A stretch of DNA of 63,286 bases, the filler included, from Choristocarpus tenellus KU-1152 (lineage: Eukaryota > Protista > Phaeophyceae): NCBI GenBank assembly GCA_964200185.2. It is 10 parts of 10 records of this genome, joined end to end, with 100 filler letters (N's around TTAATTAATTAA, not from the genome) between each part and the next. Parts side by side here need not be neighbours in the genome. Positions count along the whole stretch, not along the records: positions 4,663 to 12,289 come from CAXNAD020005849.1; positions 12,390 to 16,479 come from CAXNAD020016281.1; positions 16,580 to 20,993 come from CAXNAD020014666.1; positions 21,094 to 26,946 come from CAXNAD020009590.1; 6 more parts are not named here. The stretch is one strand, 5' to 3'. This document shows positions 11,592 through 24,700 of the stretch, piece by piece (position 1 is the stretch's first letter; every line of letters begins with the position of its first letter). The translations under genes and the position numbers were made by a program. The notes below the pieces were generated by a model. It saw only the letters and a program-made list of their open reading frames with translations, did no database searches and was not told where the DNA came from.

Positions 11592-12604
11592 GTGAGAAAC
11601 TGAGTGTGCAAGAGAAGGCGTTTTTCATGGCTTGCATGGGATAACTCTACAAGACCGAAGTCGTGGTGGCAGAGGCGGATTTTGAGTAAGCTGACTTCGC
11701 GATTGATTGATGTGATTTTTTCATGCGGAGGAATGCAATGATTGCTAGTCTAAGGAGAATGGATTACTGCAAGTAGCAATTAGACTAACCTACACTGCTT
11801 GAGTCAACGCTTTCACCTACTCCCCGTGTCCAGCTTGGCACTCGACAATTCGTAGCAAAAGAGTGTGCCACCGGGGCCGAAATGACTGCCCTGTAACCGT
11901 GGCCGCAGCAGCAAAGCTCTAGCCCTGACCCTATCGCTGCCCGTACATAGCACATAACTTTAATAATTCTTGATATCAAGGAAGTGGAAAAGAAAGCTCG
12001 ATAAAAAAATTAATATATGTAGTCGGGTTTTAGGGACGGACACAGGTGCAGTGGACCGGTTGAATCTGTGATGCGATTGGACGTGGGTAGCGAGAGCGCG
12101 AAGTGGGGAACCTTGCCCCTCATCGAACTGGATGAATAATAAAAAAATGAAAAGAAGTGAGAAACGAACTTGTGAAATCTCAGGGTGTGGTGCGTTCCAT
12201 TTTTTTTTTTTTTTTTTTTATTTTTGGGGGGTGGGTATTTATTTGGGAGAATTGTGAACTTAAAGTGTTTGTTTTTTTTATTATTTTTTNNNNNNNNNNN
12301 NNNNNNNNNNNNNNNNNNNNNNNNNNNNNNNNNTTAATTAATTAANNNNNNNNNNNNNNNNNNNNNNNNNNNNNNNNNNNNNNNNNNNNTCACATCAGGG
12401 CTTTGGCCTTCCCCCCCCCCCCTCATCTTTTTCTTCCTCCTCCCTCTATTTTTTTTTATTGCGTATGTTTTTTCTTTTTTTTCAGTTGAGTCCGTTGACT
12501 AGTACAGGCATACAAATATATTTGTCAAGTTGTTGGATGAAGACTGTATGACTTGAATGCTAATAGAATGTATGGTACGTTGGTAATGCTAATTTTTGTT
12601 TTTA

Positions 12605-13355
12605 TGTAGATGTGTCATGAGATGTCATCTTGTGACCATTGTTGACAGGGTTAATGTATATATCACTTTCATGTAGATGTTTCATGAGATCTCATCTTGT
12701 GACCATTGTTGACAGTGTTAATGTATGCATCATTTTTTTGTAGATGAGTCGTGAGATGTCATCTTGTGATCATTGTTGACAGTATTAATGTATATATCAT
12801 TTTCATGTAGACGAGTCATGAGATGTCATCTTGTGACCATTGTTGACAGGGTTAATGTATATATCATTTTCATGTAGACGAGTCATGAGATATCATCTTG
12901 TGACCATTGTTTACAGTGTTAATGTATATATCATTTTCATGTAGACGAGTCATGAGATGTCATCTTGTGACCATTGTTTACAGTGTTAATTTATACATCA
13001 TTTTTATCTAGATGAGTCATGAGATGTCATCTTGTGACCATTGTTGACAGGGTTAATGTATATATCATTTTCATGTAGACGAGTCATGAGATGTCATCTT
13101 GTGACCATTGTTTACAGTGTTAATTTATACATCATTTTTATGTAGATGAGTCATGATATGTCATCTTGTGACCATTGTTTACAGTGTTAATGTATACATC
13201 ATTTTTATGTAGATGAGTCATGAGATGTCATCTTGTAACCATTGTTGACAGTGCTATGAGATGTCATAGCGTGGCGGTTACTTCAAGTGTTTATTTATTT
13301 ATTATTTTTATGTAGATGTGTCATGAGATCTCATAGTGTGACCATCATTGACAGC
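12605..13355. repeat. 67-bp tandem minisatellite, ~10 copies plus a degenerate terminal copy
   Basis: Units start at 12605, 12672, 12739, 12806, 12873, 12940, 13007, 13074, 13141 and 13208. Consensus TGTAGAYGAGTCATGAGATGTCATCTTGTGACCATTGTTKACAGKGTTAATGTATATATCATTTTCA. Degenerate unit at 13311. Confidence 0.95.
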
Positions 13356-14023
13356 TAAAGATCAATTTAGGGATAAAAGGCACACCATGTCATTTAGTTG
13401 GGAATGCCAGGAGGTGTGATGGTGTACTCTCCTTGACTCTCACATCTTTCTGTCGTTTTGTTGTACTTGGAAGGCGGTGGATGTCGCTTCTGTTCTGTTC
13501 AACAACTTTTTTTTTACTGAAACGCCTCCCTGTGTTTGATTTGTTGTGATGGTGCTAGCGTTGATCGTGAGAGATGGGGGATGTTTGTTTATTCAAGGTC
13601 TTGGGAGAGATGATAACAACCTTGATATGGTTGTGTGTGTGTATAGGAGGTATATATTATTGTAGGTGGTCTTCATTGGGTAGATTGATAGGTAGGTAGA
13701 TTTATGTAATTGATTGGTGTATACATCAAATCATCTGTGGTGTTTTTGGATCCATTGTCAGGGGTAACATAGAACCGCAGAAGTTTCTGAGAAATTTACG
13801 TTGCAAAGCATGTAGTGATGAAGTGGTCTACTGTGTGCTCTCTTTCGTTTAAAAAAAAATGATCTCACCATGCCTCCGTGACTTTTATGAAACCTTACGA
13901 CCCTAGCAAAGAATTATATGCGCATCTTTGTGGGTGTGTAAAATGTTGTGCACATTATAAAAAAAATGATCACTGATTTCTTGTATTTTTTATATTGTAT
14001 TAATTTGATTGGTGCCTTTACAG

Positions 14024-15763
14024 GAGTATTGCACCGAAGACACTCAGGAGCTTCAGAAGAGGGAGACTGTTGACCCAGTGTGGTATCACACCCTAGTCTG
14101 GCCTGTCAGCCTTCCCAGCCTGGAATTCAAGGATTACTTCCCTCAGGTTAGCTGTATGTTTCTACACACATTAGGGGATAGCAGGCGTTCGTTTGGGGTT
14201 TAGGGGATGGCAGGCGTTATTATTTTGATGCTGTGATTTTGATTTCGCCAAATACGGAATAGAGTAGTGTGTGAGAAAAAAAGGGGGGGGGATTCTATTT
14301 TTTTTCTTTGTGTATTTTTTTTTTGGTAAGAGACAGTTGTGGACGTGTTTGATACCCCTCGTCGTACTGTACTGTTGTCAGTATCAATATCTTGAGGAAA
14401 ATAAATACTGTTACGTGATTCATGTTGGGGGGGATGGAGAGTGGAAAGAAATGGAGGGAGAAGTAGTTGTAATTTTTCTCATTATTTCAATTTATTTTAT
14501 TGTTTTTTTTTAGGTTTTGAATTTTTACGTTTTTTTATATTTTCAAGTTGGAGTTTTTTAATTTTTTTGTTCAGTAGGTGTGGAAGAGGAAAGAAAGACC
14601 TTGTTTGTGAGTATTTTTTTTTTATGGGTTTATTTTTTTCATTCATCACCCGGGAGTTCCATAGAGTAGGCGCTTTCAGAATTATTTTGTTTAAATATTT
14701 TTAGTAGTGCTCGGCAGTGGGGCTCTGTTTTTTGTCTCTTCCATTTTAAGAAAATCACACAGTTGTGTACCGAAATTTTTTATTATTATTTGCTCGTAAT
14801 ATAAAATAAAAAGAAGGCACCCCCCTCTAACCCTCGAAGTCATGAACGCGTTGTTTGTTGTTAATATTTCGAGGGCGTTGTTTTTTTTATCCTCCCACAC
14901 ATCATCAGTGAACCCTAACCCTAAGCCTACAGCAGTGAACTTTACTGATCTACCTGGTTTGTTACCTTATTTGTACCTTATTTGTGCAGTACTAGTACGC
15001 CTGGTGATTGTATCAACGTGAGACTTCGGCAGTACCCCTGAAAGCAAGCACGCTATCGGGGTTTAGTAGACCGGAGTGCATATTTTTTCTTTTTCTTTTT
15101 TTTCTGTTGATTTTTAATTTGTTGTGTGTGTGTTTTTTTTTTTTCCTTTTTTAAGCGGTTTGAGTTGATTTCCCTCTTTTACTGGGGGGTTTGAAAATTC
15201 CCAGGATGAAGTGAGCAATAATTGTTTCTTCAATAATATGTGGTGATGATAATTATAGTGAATATAAATATCATCGGAATAGTAAGGATAGTGGCAATGA
15301 TAATAATAGTGATGATAATGGTGATTATCAAAATGTGTATTGATTGCCTTCTTTCCTTGGTCACAGGGTTTGAGAATGCCCATACTACTTTTTACTTTTT
15401 TCCGAAAATAATAAGAGTTATTATTATTATTATTATTGGTGGTGGTCATGACCACAATAGCAATTGTACTAATGATGATGATGATCATCATCATCGCAAC
15501 AGTAGTAATAGTAAAAATAACAATCATTATTATTATTATTATTATATGATTCCAACCTCCATACCTCCACCTTCCTCCCCCCGCCTTGCCTTTTCTAACC
15601 CTAAACCTAACCTTAACCCTCTTATGATGATGGTCATACACACTACCTACATCATAACACCCTACACCTACAGGTTCAGGTGCAACTCTGGGATCTCGAT
15701 TTTGGTGGGAAAATATTCCACGATTTCGCTGGTAACTTGTTCCTGAACATGGGAAATGTGGAG
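14024..15763 (+). CDS. Internal exons of a C2-domain protein (ferlin-like)
   Basis: Exons 14024-14146 (EYCTEDTQELQKRETVDPVWYHTLVWPVSLPSLEFKDYFPQ) and 15674-15763 (VQVQLWDLDFGGKIFHDFAGNLFLNMGNVE) are both CAG..GT bounded and phase 0. They give the C2 pattern T-x-P-x-W...V-x-L-W-D-x-D...D-F-x-G. Confidence 0.65.
15410..15550. repeat. Compound trinucleotide microsatellite (TTA/GGT/GAT/CAT) in intron
   Basis: Runs of (TTA)n, (GAT)n, (CAT)n and (TAT)n seen directly. Confidence 0.85.
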
Positions 15764-17088
15764 GTAAGTTAAGTTTAAGCCGCCGCCGCCGCCCCGCCCC
15801 CCCCCCCCCTCCTCGCTTTGTGGGGGCCTGTCTATCTCTCACTCACCGGCTCTTTGATTGTGGGCCGTGATTGGTGCTTTTCCTGCTATTGTGACTTTGG
15901 TGGAGGGATTTAAAGTTTATCGTTTTAGTTAATTATTTTTTATTGCGGTGTGACTGACTGTAGTACTAAAAATACTACTGCATTTTTTTTATTGTGCCCT
16001 CTTTTTTGAAAAATTGACTGCAGCCATTTTTTTTTTTTTTAGGTGAGTTTTTTTTCCATATTTTATCATTGTAGTAAACCTCTGTTGTGAGTTCTTAGAA
16101 GCATGCATTTATACATACATAAACGTATGTTATTTTATGTGTTGAATATATTTTTTCTCCAATAATAATATTATGAGAATCTTGTGTTTGTTTGTTTGAG
16201 GGTTTTGATGAGAGGAAGGGACACTCTGAAGTATGCATATCGCGTGTTTTTTTTTTTCAACAATCAACCAAACTTTTCAAATTGTTTAAATTAGAAGGTT
16301 TGTTTATAGACTTGTCAGTAGTGGCGACGGTCTTGGTGAGCCCTCGTTGGTGCAAAGTACTTAATTATTTTCTTTTCTCATTGAACCGTGTCATTACTTC
16401 AGGAATATCCCCCCCCCCCTCTCTCCGGACCAACATTTTTTTTTTTTTTCTTGTTTGTTAGCAATTTTTAATTTTTTATNNNNNNNNNNNNNNNNNNNNN
16501 NNNNNNNNNNNNNNNNNNNNNNNTTAATTAATTAANNNNNNNNNNNNNNNNNNNNNNNNNNNNNNNNNNNNNNNNNNNNGGGGGGGGTATTTACCATGGT
16601 GCACTGTATAAATACTAGCCGTGAGTTGGTAGGGCTAGAGATGGATGTAGTTTGAAGTGTGATTGTGTATGAGGGAAAAAGAAAGTATCCTCTTAATTGC
16701 TTCTTTTCTAAAAGCTTAGTAGGCATTAAACACTACGTTGAAGGTGAGCTATTAAAATTAAATCTCTTTGCACTTCTCTGACTTGGTGAACAAAACCCCC
16801 CCGGGTATCATAGATAAACAAAAAAGACAACAATAAAGGATAGAGGAGGAAAGAGAGAGAGAATCGGAATATCTCAAGAACTATGCTCAAGTACTTGTGA
16901 AATACGATATAGTATACAATGTAGTATTATTGAGACTACTATGCTTGGACTTGATACACAGTTTGCTACAGCTGCAGCAGAAGCGTGGATTTAGAACACC
17001 ATGTGTATGTAGACATTACTGGACAATATGTTCTCGAATATTGTATGCTGGACAACATATTAATCAATATGTTGGACTTTATTGTCTG

Positions 17089-19631
17089 TTAGATGACTGC
17101 AGAGGTAGAGTAATCCACAATGTGGATGTTAGATCGCCACTTCTCCTGGTTTCGGATAACTGCAGCATAACAAACAGGGGAAACCGATAGCATCCTTTTT
17201 GGGGTACATTAGTCACTGTAACATAATCACTTACCACCTACCCTCTACCAAAACTATTCAGTAAGTTTAAAAACCAAGTCGAGGTCACATTCATCGGCCG
17301 GACCACAGCTAAATTGAGCTCTGTTCAAGTACACATAGGAAGCCGGTTTCAATATTCAAAATGCATGCTAGATACACGAAAAGCGCTGTACCAGGTGCAT
17401 TCTTGTGGCAAGCTACATTTACACTATTACTACGCTGGAACAGCAAGCCAGGCACCGCCTCCCAACCCCAAACATCCTTCTATTGATTCTTACTTTCGCC
17501 CTTCCTCCACACCAATGTCCTCCACACCAATGAACTTCCTACCTACTGCAGCAAGACCTCACCCATCTCTATGATGTCACCCACAAACATCTTCGCCAAG
17601 GCAGCCACAGCTATGGTAGTAGTCTCCTTCACCGTCCCTGTCCCTTGCCCGGCCTCCAGTGACCGCAGGAGGTTTGGGGCTGCTCTATCCAAGATGCACT
17701 GCTCCCAAATATAGTGAGTCAGGTGGAACAGCAAGTGCGACAGGGGAGGGGTAAACAGGGATGGGTACGGGTATCACTCTCTCAGGGCCACCACGCATAC
17801 TCAAGAGAGCTGTAAGCACACATAAATTGCATATCATTTCATAGAGGTAGCTACCCTCCCATCAAAGAACACCTCTGAAACAACGGAAATCATCATGTAT
17901 ATATCGTGCGAGAGCTCTAGATAGATAGACACACTGTAGAGAGGTGCAGGCAGATACTCCTCTTAGCTGTGCCATGTGATAGGGATCGACCCCCCTGCCA
18001 TTAAAAACATCCCTGAACCAACAATTGAAAGTGGTGCACATGTGCACTATTAGCACTTTGCAAAACTACCTTTGCAATATTAGATAGACAACAATTACCC
18101 CAAGCTCTTCTTATGGAGAAAATGCAAACACACAAAAAAATGAGGCAGTTATACCAATCAACAATTTGCATTTTTCTTAATTACGACAAAACATTCACAT
18201 TCCTCTTTCTCTTTACATTATTTGTTTGCTGTTGACATGAAACCGCTGCTGTATACAAATAACGAAGTGGGCTCTATGACAACAAACCCCACCTTGGCAT
18301 GCTAGCCTACTCCAATCATCTGTGAAAGACGTGTCAACGTATGCCAAATGGGGTCACTGCTCTCATTCCCATAGTGTGCATGATCAAATCTACCCGGTTT
18401 CAACCCAAGACAGTAATTGTCCTAGGAACAAGGCAAGACAGAAGTGGTGTCTTGCACTAGCTTATTGATTCACACACCTATGAGGTATGTCCTCCTTGAA
18501 CTGAACTTCCATGCATAATCAGGTGGTATGCGCACTGCTATCTTGATGCTCTTTCTACCTACTGTGGTATTTGGGTCAACCTTGTTTCCACCTTTTACGC
18601 CTGTCATTGATTGATCGCATTGACATATCAGTTACATGAGCACACCAAATACGGATGTTACTTTCCACTTCATAGTTCTTTTTAAAGCTCAACAGAGAAC
18701 AGCTGGCGAATAGGGAAGAAATCAGTGTTTTGGATTCATTCACAGACTCGTTTCGCTGACTTGATGAAACCCCACAAAAGAGTGCCTAGGCAAGGGTGAC
18801 TGCTCTTAAAGCACAGGGGATCATTTCAATGTAAGGTCTGCCCAAGTCCTTCAGGGATCCTCAGAGAATGAAGGCATTCCCGGGACCTTTCCACCTCCCA
18901 TTGAACCTGTGCACGAGGATTATGGATCTGTCGCAATGCCGTGCCATGCCAAAGGTCATTCCTCGAAGTATTACCGTCGCTAGCGAGAGGTGTGAGGGGT
19001 ATTCTCTTAGAAGCAAAATGTCCAAAGATCGGGAGGGGTGCACCAGCACGTGCCCTCACCTCTCGGATGCAGATGCGGTCAAAACGGCTGCGAGTCCAAG
19101 CCTCATATCGTCGCAACTCCTCGGTTGATAGATTATCGACCCGAACCCCCTGTCGCTTTACTTTGGTCCCTCCCTCGACTCCTCCTTTCTCACTGCCTCC
19201 GTTAACTTCAACATCGAAGTCCTGGGGGGTCCACAGACGAGAACAAACCCAAGGGTGAACTTAAAGAGTGTGGAGAGGATCAAGGTAGAAAACAAAACCA
19301 TTATGTGGAAAACGGAAACCCGCGACACACCCTACAAAATGGGTCCTCATATTGAGGGTTCCACCTGAAGCTAGCTTAGAGAGTATAAGAGAATACTAAG
19401 GTAAGAAATACAAACCTTTGGCTTCGTCGCTCCACCACCAAGGTGGACTGAGCGTTGTCGCTTGAGGATGTTACCACTGGTCTGGCGCCGCACCACTGGC
19501 ACTGATGGAGTAGAACCAAAGTTTACAGTTGAAATTCCCTTTCCTGGCGCTTTATTCAACCCCGTGTCACTCTCTGATACACCAGAGTAGGGGTTATCGC
19601 GCTTTCGTGTACCAAGAATGTCACCATCCAT
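17089..19631 (-). CDS. TAF11: TFIID subunit TAF11 (TAFII28, histone-fold)
   Basis: Exons 19631-19416, 19221-19060, 17698-17563 and 17159-17089 splice in frame. LSTEELRRYEAWTRSRFDR and IAVAALAKMFVGDIIEMVIRNQEKW align with the TAF11 motifs RYExxRRSxF and IAMxGxxKVFVGEVVEEALDVCEKW. The last exon is less certain. Confidence 0.85.
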
Positions 19632-20089
19632 CTTATCCCACACCTTGTCCTTGAGCTTTCGTTGCCCTTCCTTTTCTTCCTAAGCGTCAATCCTTCTTAT
19701 GCCAATTCGTACTCAATCGATGAAAATGCGCCCTGTTGTCAATCCAAGAGCTGCAAGCCCTCCACTCAACCTAGGTAGCTAATGTAGGTCTAGTAAACAG
19801 AGGTCAGGTTGAGGATTCATTTGGGTTTGCACATTGTGAGGTTTGTTATTATGTACAAGGCGTTTCTGTACATTAAACATATCTCGATCGTTAACTTCTC
19901 TTACATAACAAAAGATGTATCAACTACATCGACCTCACAACCTTTTCCATTTTGTCTTTTGTCTGTGTCGGCAATGTATGTCGAGATGTTGATACCATAA
20001 TGTACTATGCGGATATTTGGGTTTCACTAGTGGCGAAGTGTGAGTGACTAATGGAGGGCGTCCATGCCCCTCTTCACTTTGCATGTGTG

Positions 20090-20560
20090 ACTTCGTAATG
20101 CAGACAGGTAATGCATCCAATCCTACCCAACCATAGATTCCGTGCTCATCTCGTCGAACTTTGTCGTGCCCCTGCATGAGCATCCCCCTTTGTTCGGTGC
20201 AAAAGCAAACCCTGTGCGTTGGTACCACGAACGTGTTTCCTACATTAGTTATTCCCACCTTGGTATGGAGCGAGGTATTATTCTCTGCATTCTTTGCATT
20301 GTTGTAGAAGAGCATTCCGAATGCAAGGGAGACCCACACTGTGGCTGCCCATTTGTGGAATGATGTGTGATGTACCGATGAGCCATCCTAAATTTCGAGC
20401 ATACTTCTACGGCGACCACATCGCGCCTTGCGACGTCATACAAGGTCAATACGTTCACCCCGTGCGATCTGGCTGTCACACTCCTACAGATGACAGAACA
20501 CGGTGACTCGGGAAATTCCAAAGTCCTCTGCGATGGCTGCCGCCATCCCCCGAGGCATCT
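20090..20560 (-). mobile_element. Degenerate mariner transposase N-terminal (HTH) fragment
   Basis: Minus strand reads IAEDFGISRVTVFCHL*ECDSQI..., alignable at DNA level with 41580-41800 (IAEDFGIS*ITVFRHLKEYENQI), the 5' part of the mariner relic on contig 8. Multiple stops. Confidence 0.7.
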
Positions 20561-20791
20561 AATTCTTGTGCCCTCTTGCCTATAGGCATCGTGCCACCAC
20601 GCTGTTCTTTGTCAGGGTGTTTGAATCTGGACCCTGGACAGACTTCTGGTCAAAGAATTGGGACCGACGGGAGACAGGAGATCGAGCCGTTCGAACGATG
20701 GGAGGCTTTCATTCCTCCCCCCTCCAATTTCCAGAGTATGACCTTGTAATAATACCCTTGTGCGGATAAGGCATGGAGTGAAAGTATCTTA

Positions 20792-20974
20792 GACCCAAAG
20801 TATCTGGGGGAGGGGGGGGAGTCTACATCAGGGTTTGCATTTGGGTCAAAATCAGGAAAAGTGCATTTTCATTATCCATCCAACGTATGAAACCAAATCA
20901 CCCAAAAATCGTGACATGAAAAGTTTGATCCCAAATGGACAGCCGCCACCCCCCCCCCGCAGATACTTTGAGAC
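20792..20974. mobile_element. Complete MITE with TIRs GACCCAAAGTATCTG(G)n / (C)nCAGATACTTTGAGAC and TTA target duplication
   Basis: TTA flanks both ends. Related ends at 1-20, 21170-21202 and 31733-31798. Confidence 0.75.
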
Positions 20975-21732
20975 TTAGAGCGATCGGCAGAGCNNNNNNN
21001 NNNNNNNNNNNNNNNNNNNNNNNNNNNNNNNNNNNNNTTAATTAATTAANNNNNNNNNNNNNNNNNNNNNNNNNNNNNNNNNNNNNNNNNNNNCGACCCC
21101 TTTCCCATTTTTGGTAAAGAAAAGGCCCCTTTTCCTGGTTTTGGTCAAAAAGGCCCCCCTGGTTCACCCCCCCCCCCCCCCCCCCTCCCAGATACTTCGG
21201 GTCAGCCAATCGCTATGCTCCCTCTCATATACAGGTCGATTTATTCTTAAACAATACCCTCCTCTATGGTGTCCCTATCAAGTAGAATGAAACAAATTGA
21301 ACAAGAAAAAAGCTAGGGTGTCACATCAGAGAGAGTAGAGTGTTCTTAACGATGTATTTAGACCCTGGACCATGGGCAAGCCACAAAGGTTTCAATGCAC
21401 TTCTAGCGTAGCACTTCTTACTAAAACTGATTTGGGAAGCATAAATAATCTTGGGTTTTGATAACAGCAAGAGCAGCTTCTATGGTCCCCTCCCAAGTTA
21501 GAAGCCAATCTTCAAAATGATGTAATCGTTGAGGATACTCTCACAACTCCCTGTAAACACTTAATGCACCCTTCCTCATTCATACTCAACACAAACAGCA
21601 CACCTGGATGTGGATAGGACAAGCAGGAACAATGGCTCACAAAAATAACAGAGGGCAATCCTTTAGGCTCAGCATGGGGAAGGGAGGGGGGAAAATCTAA
21701 AGAGTCACACATTAGCATTAAACATTACTCAC

Positions 21733-24700
21733 GGAGGAAACATGCTCAAGACAAATGCGGACATAAGGTAGCGCCCATCTGCAAGCATTCCCCCGTCCTC
21801 TCGGATGATGCCCAGAACAGGCCAGAGCCCAGCCCCATTGGGACTCAACGCTGCCTCCATTATTCCCGTCTTATACAGGTAAAGCACCAATGCCCCGCAC
21901 ACCAGCCCTGTCATCCTGATAGGATTTCCATCCATAAGAAACATCACCAGAAGCACCATTTTCAGAGCAAGCTTGAGGTCTATCATTCTCACAATTGCTT
22001 CCCAATCAATCCTGCCATCAATCCCATTGCCACCTGCCGCAACTGCTGCTGCAGCTCTTCCATTTCCAGCCCCCGCCCCGACCCATGCCTCATGGCCCTC
22101 CCCCGGCATCCAGTCCAAGCCTGCCCGGGGGATCCCACCTACCCCATTATCAGCCCTCTCTCCCCCCAATTCTGTTCCAGCAGTGACCCCAGAAGTAACG
22201 TCTCGAACAATGCTACCACCTGCTGGAACAGGCATTGTTTCTCTTCCAGGCTGTGATGCAACCATAAACCTTGAGGCGGTGGTATTTGTGAGCACATTTT
22301 GCCACAGTATATGCCCCACACCAGCATTTACACCATTCCTCGCTGCATTATTCATCGAATGGGCCCGCATCATCCCTAGGACATCATCATATGATGGTGG
22401 TGGTGGCGATACTGCTCCATACCTTTCATGTCTCAAAAATTGGGACGCAAGATAGAATCAAAACAGTTTTTCACAGGTTTTCCAGGAAACGACAAAGGGC
22501 GTGCGTGCCACAACGGAGTAAGGTGGGGAAAGGCAAAACAACAAAAAAATGGAGAGGAGTGGGGGTGTTTATGTGAGTGAGTTGTGGGATGGCACTGAAT
22601 CAAGACAAGGACCTCCATGGGATGGAAAAGATTAAATATAGACACCCTTCAGCACCATTTGACAGACTGACTACACTCAATGCCAAGTGAAGAAGAGCAA
22701 ACTTTCCTACCTATGATTTCTGTTGTACTTCATCTTCAAGGCATAGCGTTGAGTGCAATGCAAAGCAATAGGTACGCATGCCTTGTTTCGGCAAGCACTT
22801 CTCGAACTCAACATAAACCCAATCCTTCAAGTCTAATTACCAAAACTTACTGTTACACGATATGTGCGAGATTCAAAATGGCCACATGTGACCACAGAAC
22901 AAATTTCGTTGTGCATACAACAATAGCAAAAAAATTTACCTCAAGACGGGGGGGATTCCCAGTTTCAAAAACAATCATACTCAACTAAATTCACAGTTTT
23001 GACAACTTCTGCCCAACACACCTGCCCAACCAATCAACAACCTGATGATGCCACTATCCTAACACAATCTAGCCTGGACACTCTTCAGTACATCCGTGCT
23101 CAAACGTTCCAAAGACTAAGTTCACCACCAAACTTGGTCATCACTCAAATCCAACTGGAAAAACAAAGGGCCCAACGCATTCATGGAGACAGGCATGCCA
23201 AAAACACACCGCTAAACCATCCCAAAAGTATGTATGTATGCTCTAATACCACATTTAGCAGAGCTCTTCACCGAGCCAGCAAATTAAATGGTCCCGTCCA
23301 CCAGGCGAACCAGTCCCACATATATTCAACATGTCTCGGTGCATGTCCACAGGTGGACCAGGTCTAGCATGTCCGGACCATGTCCAGACCATGTCCACTG
23401 GGAATTGTAACAGTCTATGTCCCCCACCTAGACCGGGCCTAGCACTCTCTAACATATCTGGACCATGTCCAGTGTGTGTTGTACTAGTCCAGTCAATGTA
23501 AAATGGCTGTATGTACATGTTAAAGGATAAGTTATCCTCCTGTATGTGCATAATAGAATGTCCTTTCCAAATCATCTCTGAACCTTCCTAGTTCGGAAAC
23601 ATGAAAAATGTATAATGCGAGGACATACATATGCATGGAATATTTTTTATTTATGTTTTTACCATTTACGCATATGGCCCTTGGCAAAAGATTGTAAAAA
23701 TACAACAGTGTATAGTGCCAAAATATATATTTGAGTCACAAACCACCTCAGTTACCTAAACACCAAACTCACAACAATATATTTGTGTCCATTTTGAAAC
23801 ATCAATTGTCTCTAACATAGTAAAATGGAAAATAAAATAGAAATATCAATATACATATTATATTAGTGCGTACAGTACTAGTATAGGATGCAAGATACAA
23901 GTGACAAGTGGAGTAAATGATAAATTATAAATGATAGGGAGGCATAGCCACTACGTGGCAGGCCCTGGGTGTCAAAAAAATATTACCTGGCTAACCATAG
24001 ATCAACATGTACTAAAACTGCCAAGTCCGTGACTGTCACTACACAACATGACCGGGGTCACTGGCCAGCGATATTTTCGAACATGACTGAGTCTATAGTC
24101 ATCACTGCTCAACATGACCATGGCCACCAGCTGGTCACATACGACCAAATTTGAATATGGAAGAGCCCATGGCCGTTGGACATTCCAATATGGCCAGCCC
24201 ATGGCCATATGGCCGACAGTGGACATGGTAACAGCCCAGCCCGGTGAAAACCCTGATATTTAGACCCCATTCCCCTGTCCCCGTCAGAATATATTCCTTG
24301 TATTGAGCAAAAGCAACACTCATCTCCATGAGTACATCCTAACACCATTCCCAACTATGCAACAATCATACCGAACAAAATGCTCCCTATATGCAATACT
24401 TGCAAACTAAGAATGAGCAAATTATACCAATTGAGTTCTATGATGGAATGGGATGGAAACTATTGAGATGCTCTAAAAATTACTCTGGTATAGGAGACAA
24501 AAATAAGTAAATAAAAAAAAGATCCATAGACACCTGTTGCAGGGGTTGGAAGCACTGAGTCCTTTCCTTTACCTTGTTACTCATGACCAATGATCAGAGG
24601 TAGAATAAAAAGCAATTTAAATATATTTTTGATACAAAGCATTATCCCTCCTCCACATTCCAGGAGACAACAAACTGGACATTCCCTACCCTACTCCAAC

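Noticed and set aside
12605-13355. Possible CRISPR array
   Set aside because: Units are similar over their whole length, with no unique spacers and no cas genes, in a eukaryotic context.
15114-15842. 242-aa and 168-aa ORFs
   Set aside because: Produced by trinucleotide microsatellites and overlap a real C2 exon; poly-I/N/H composition.
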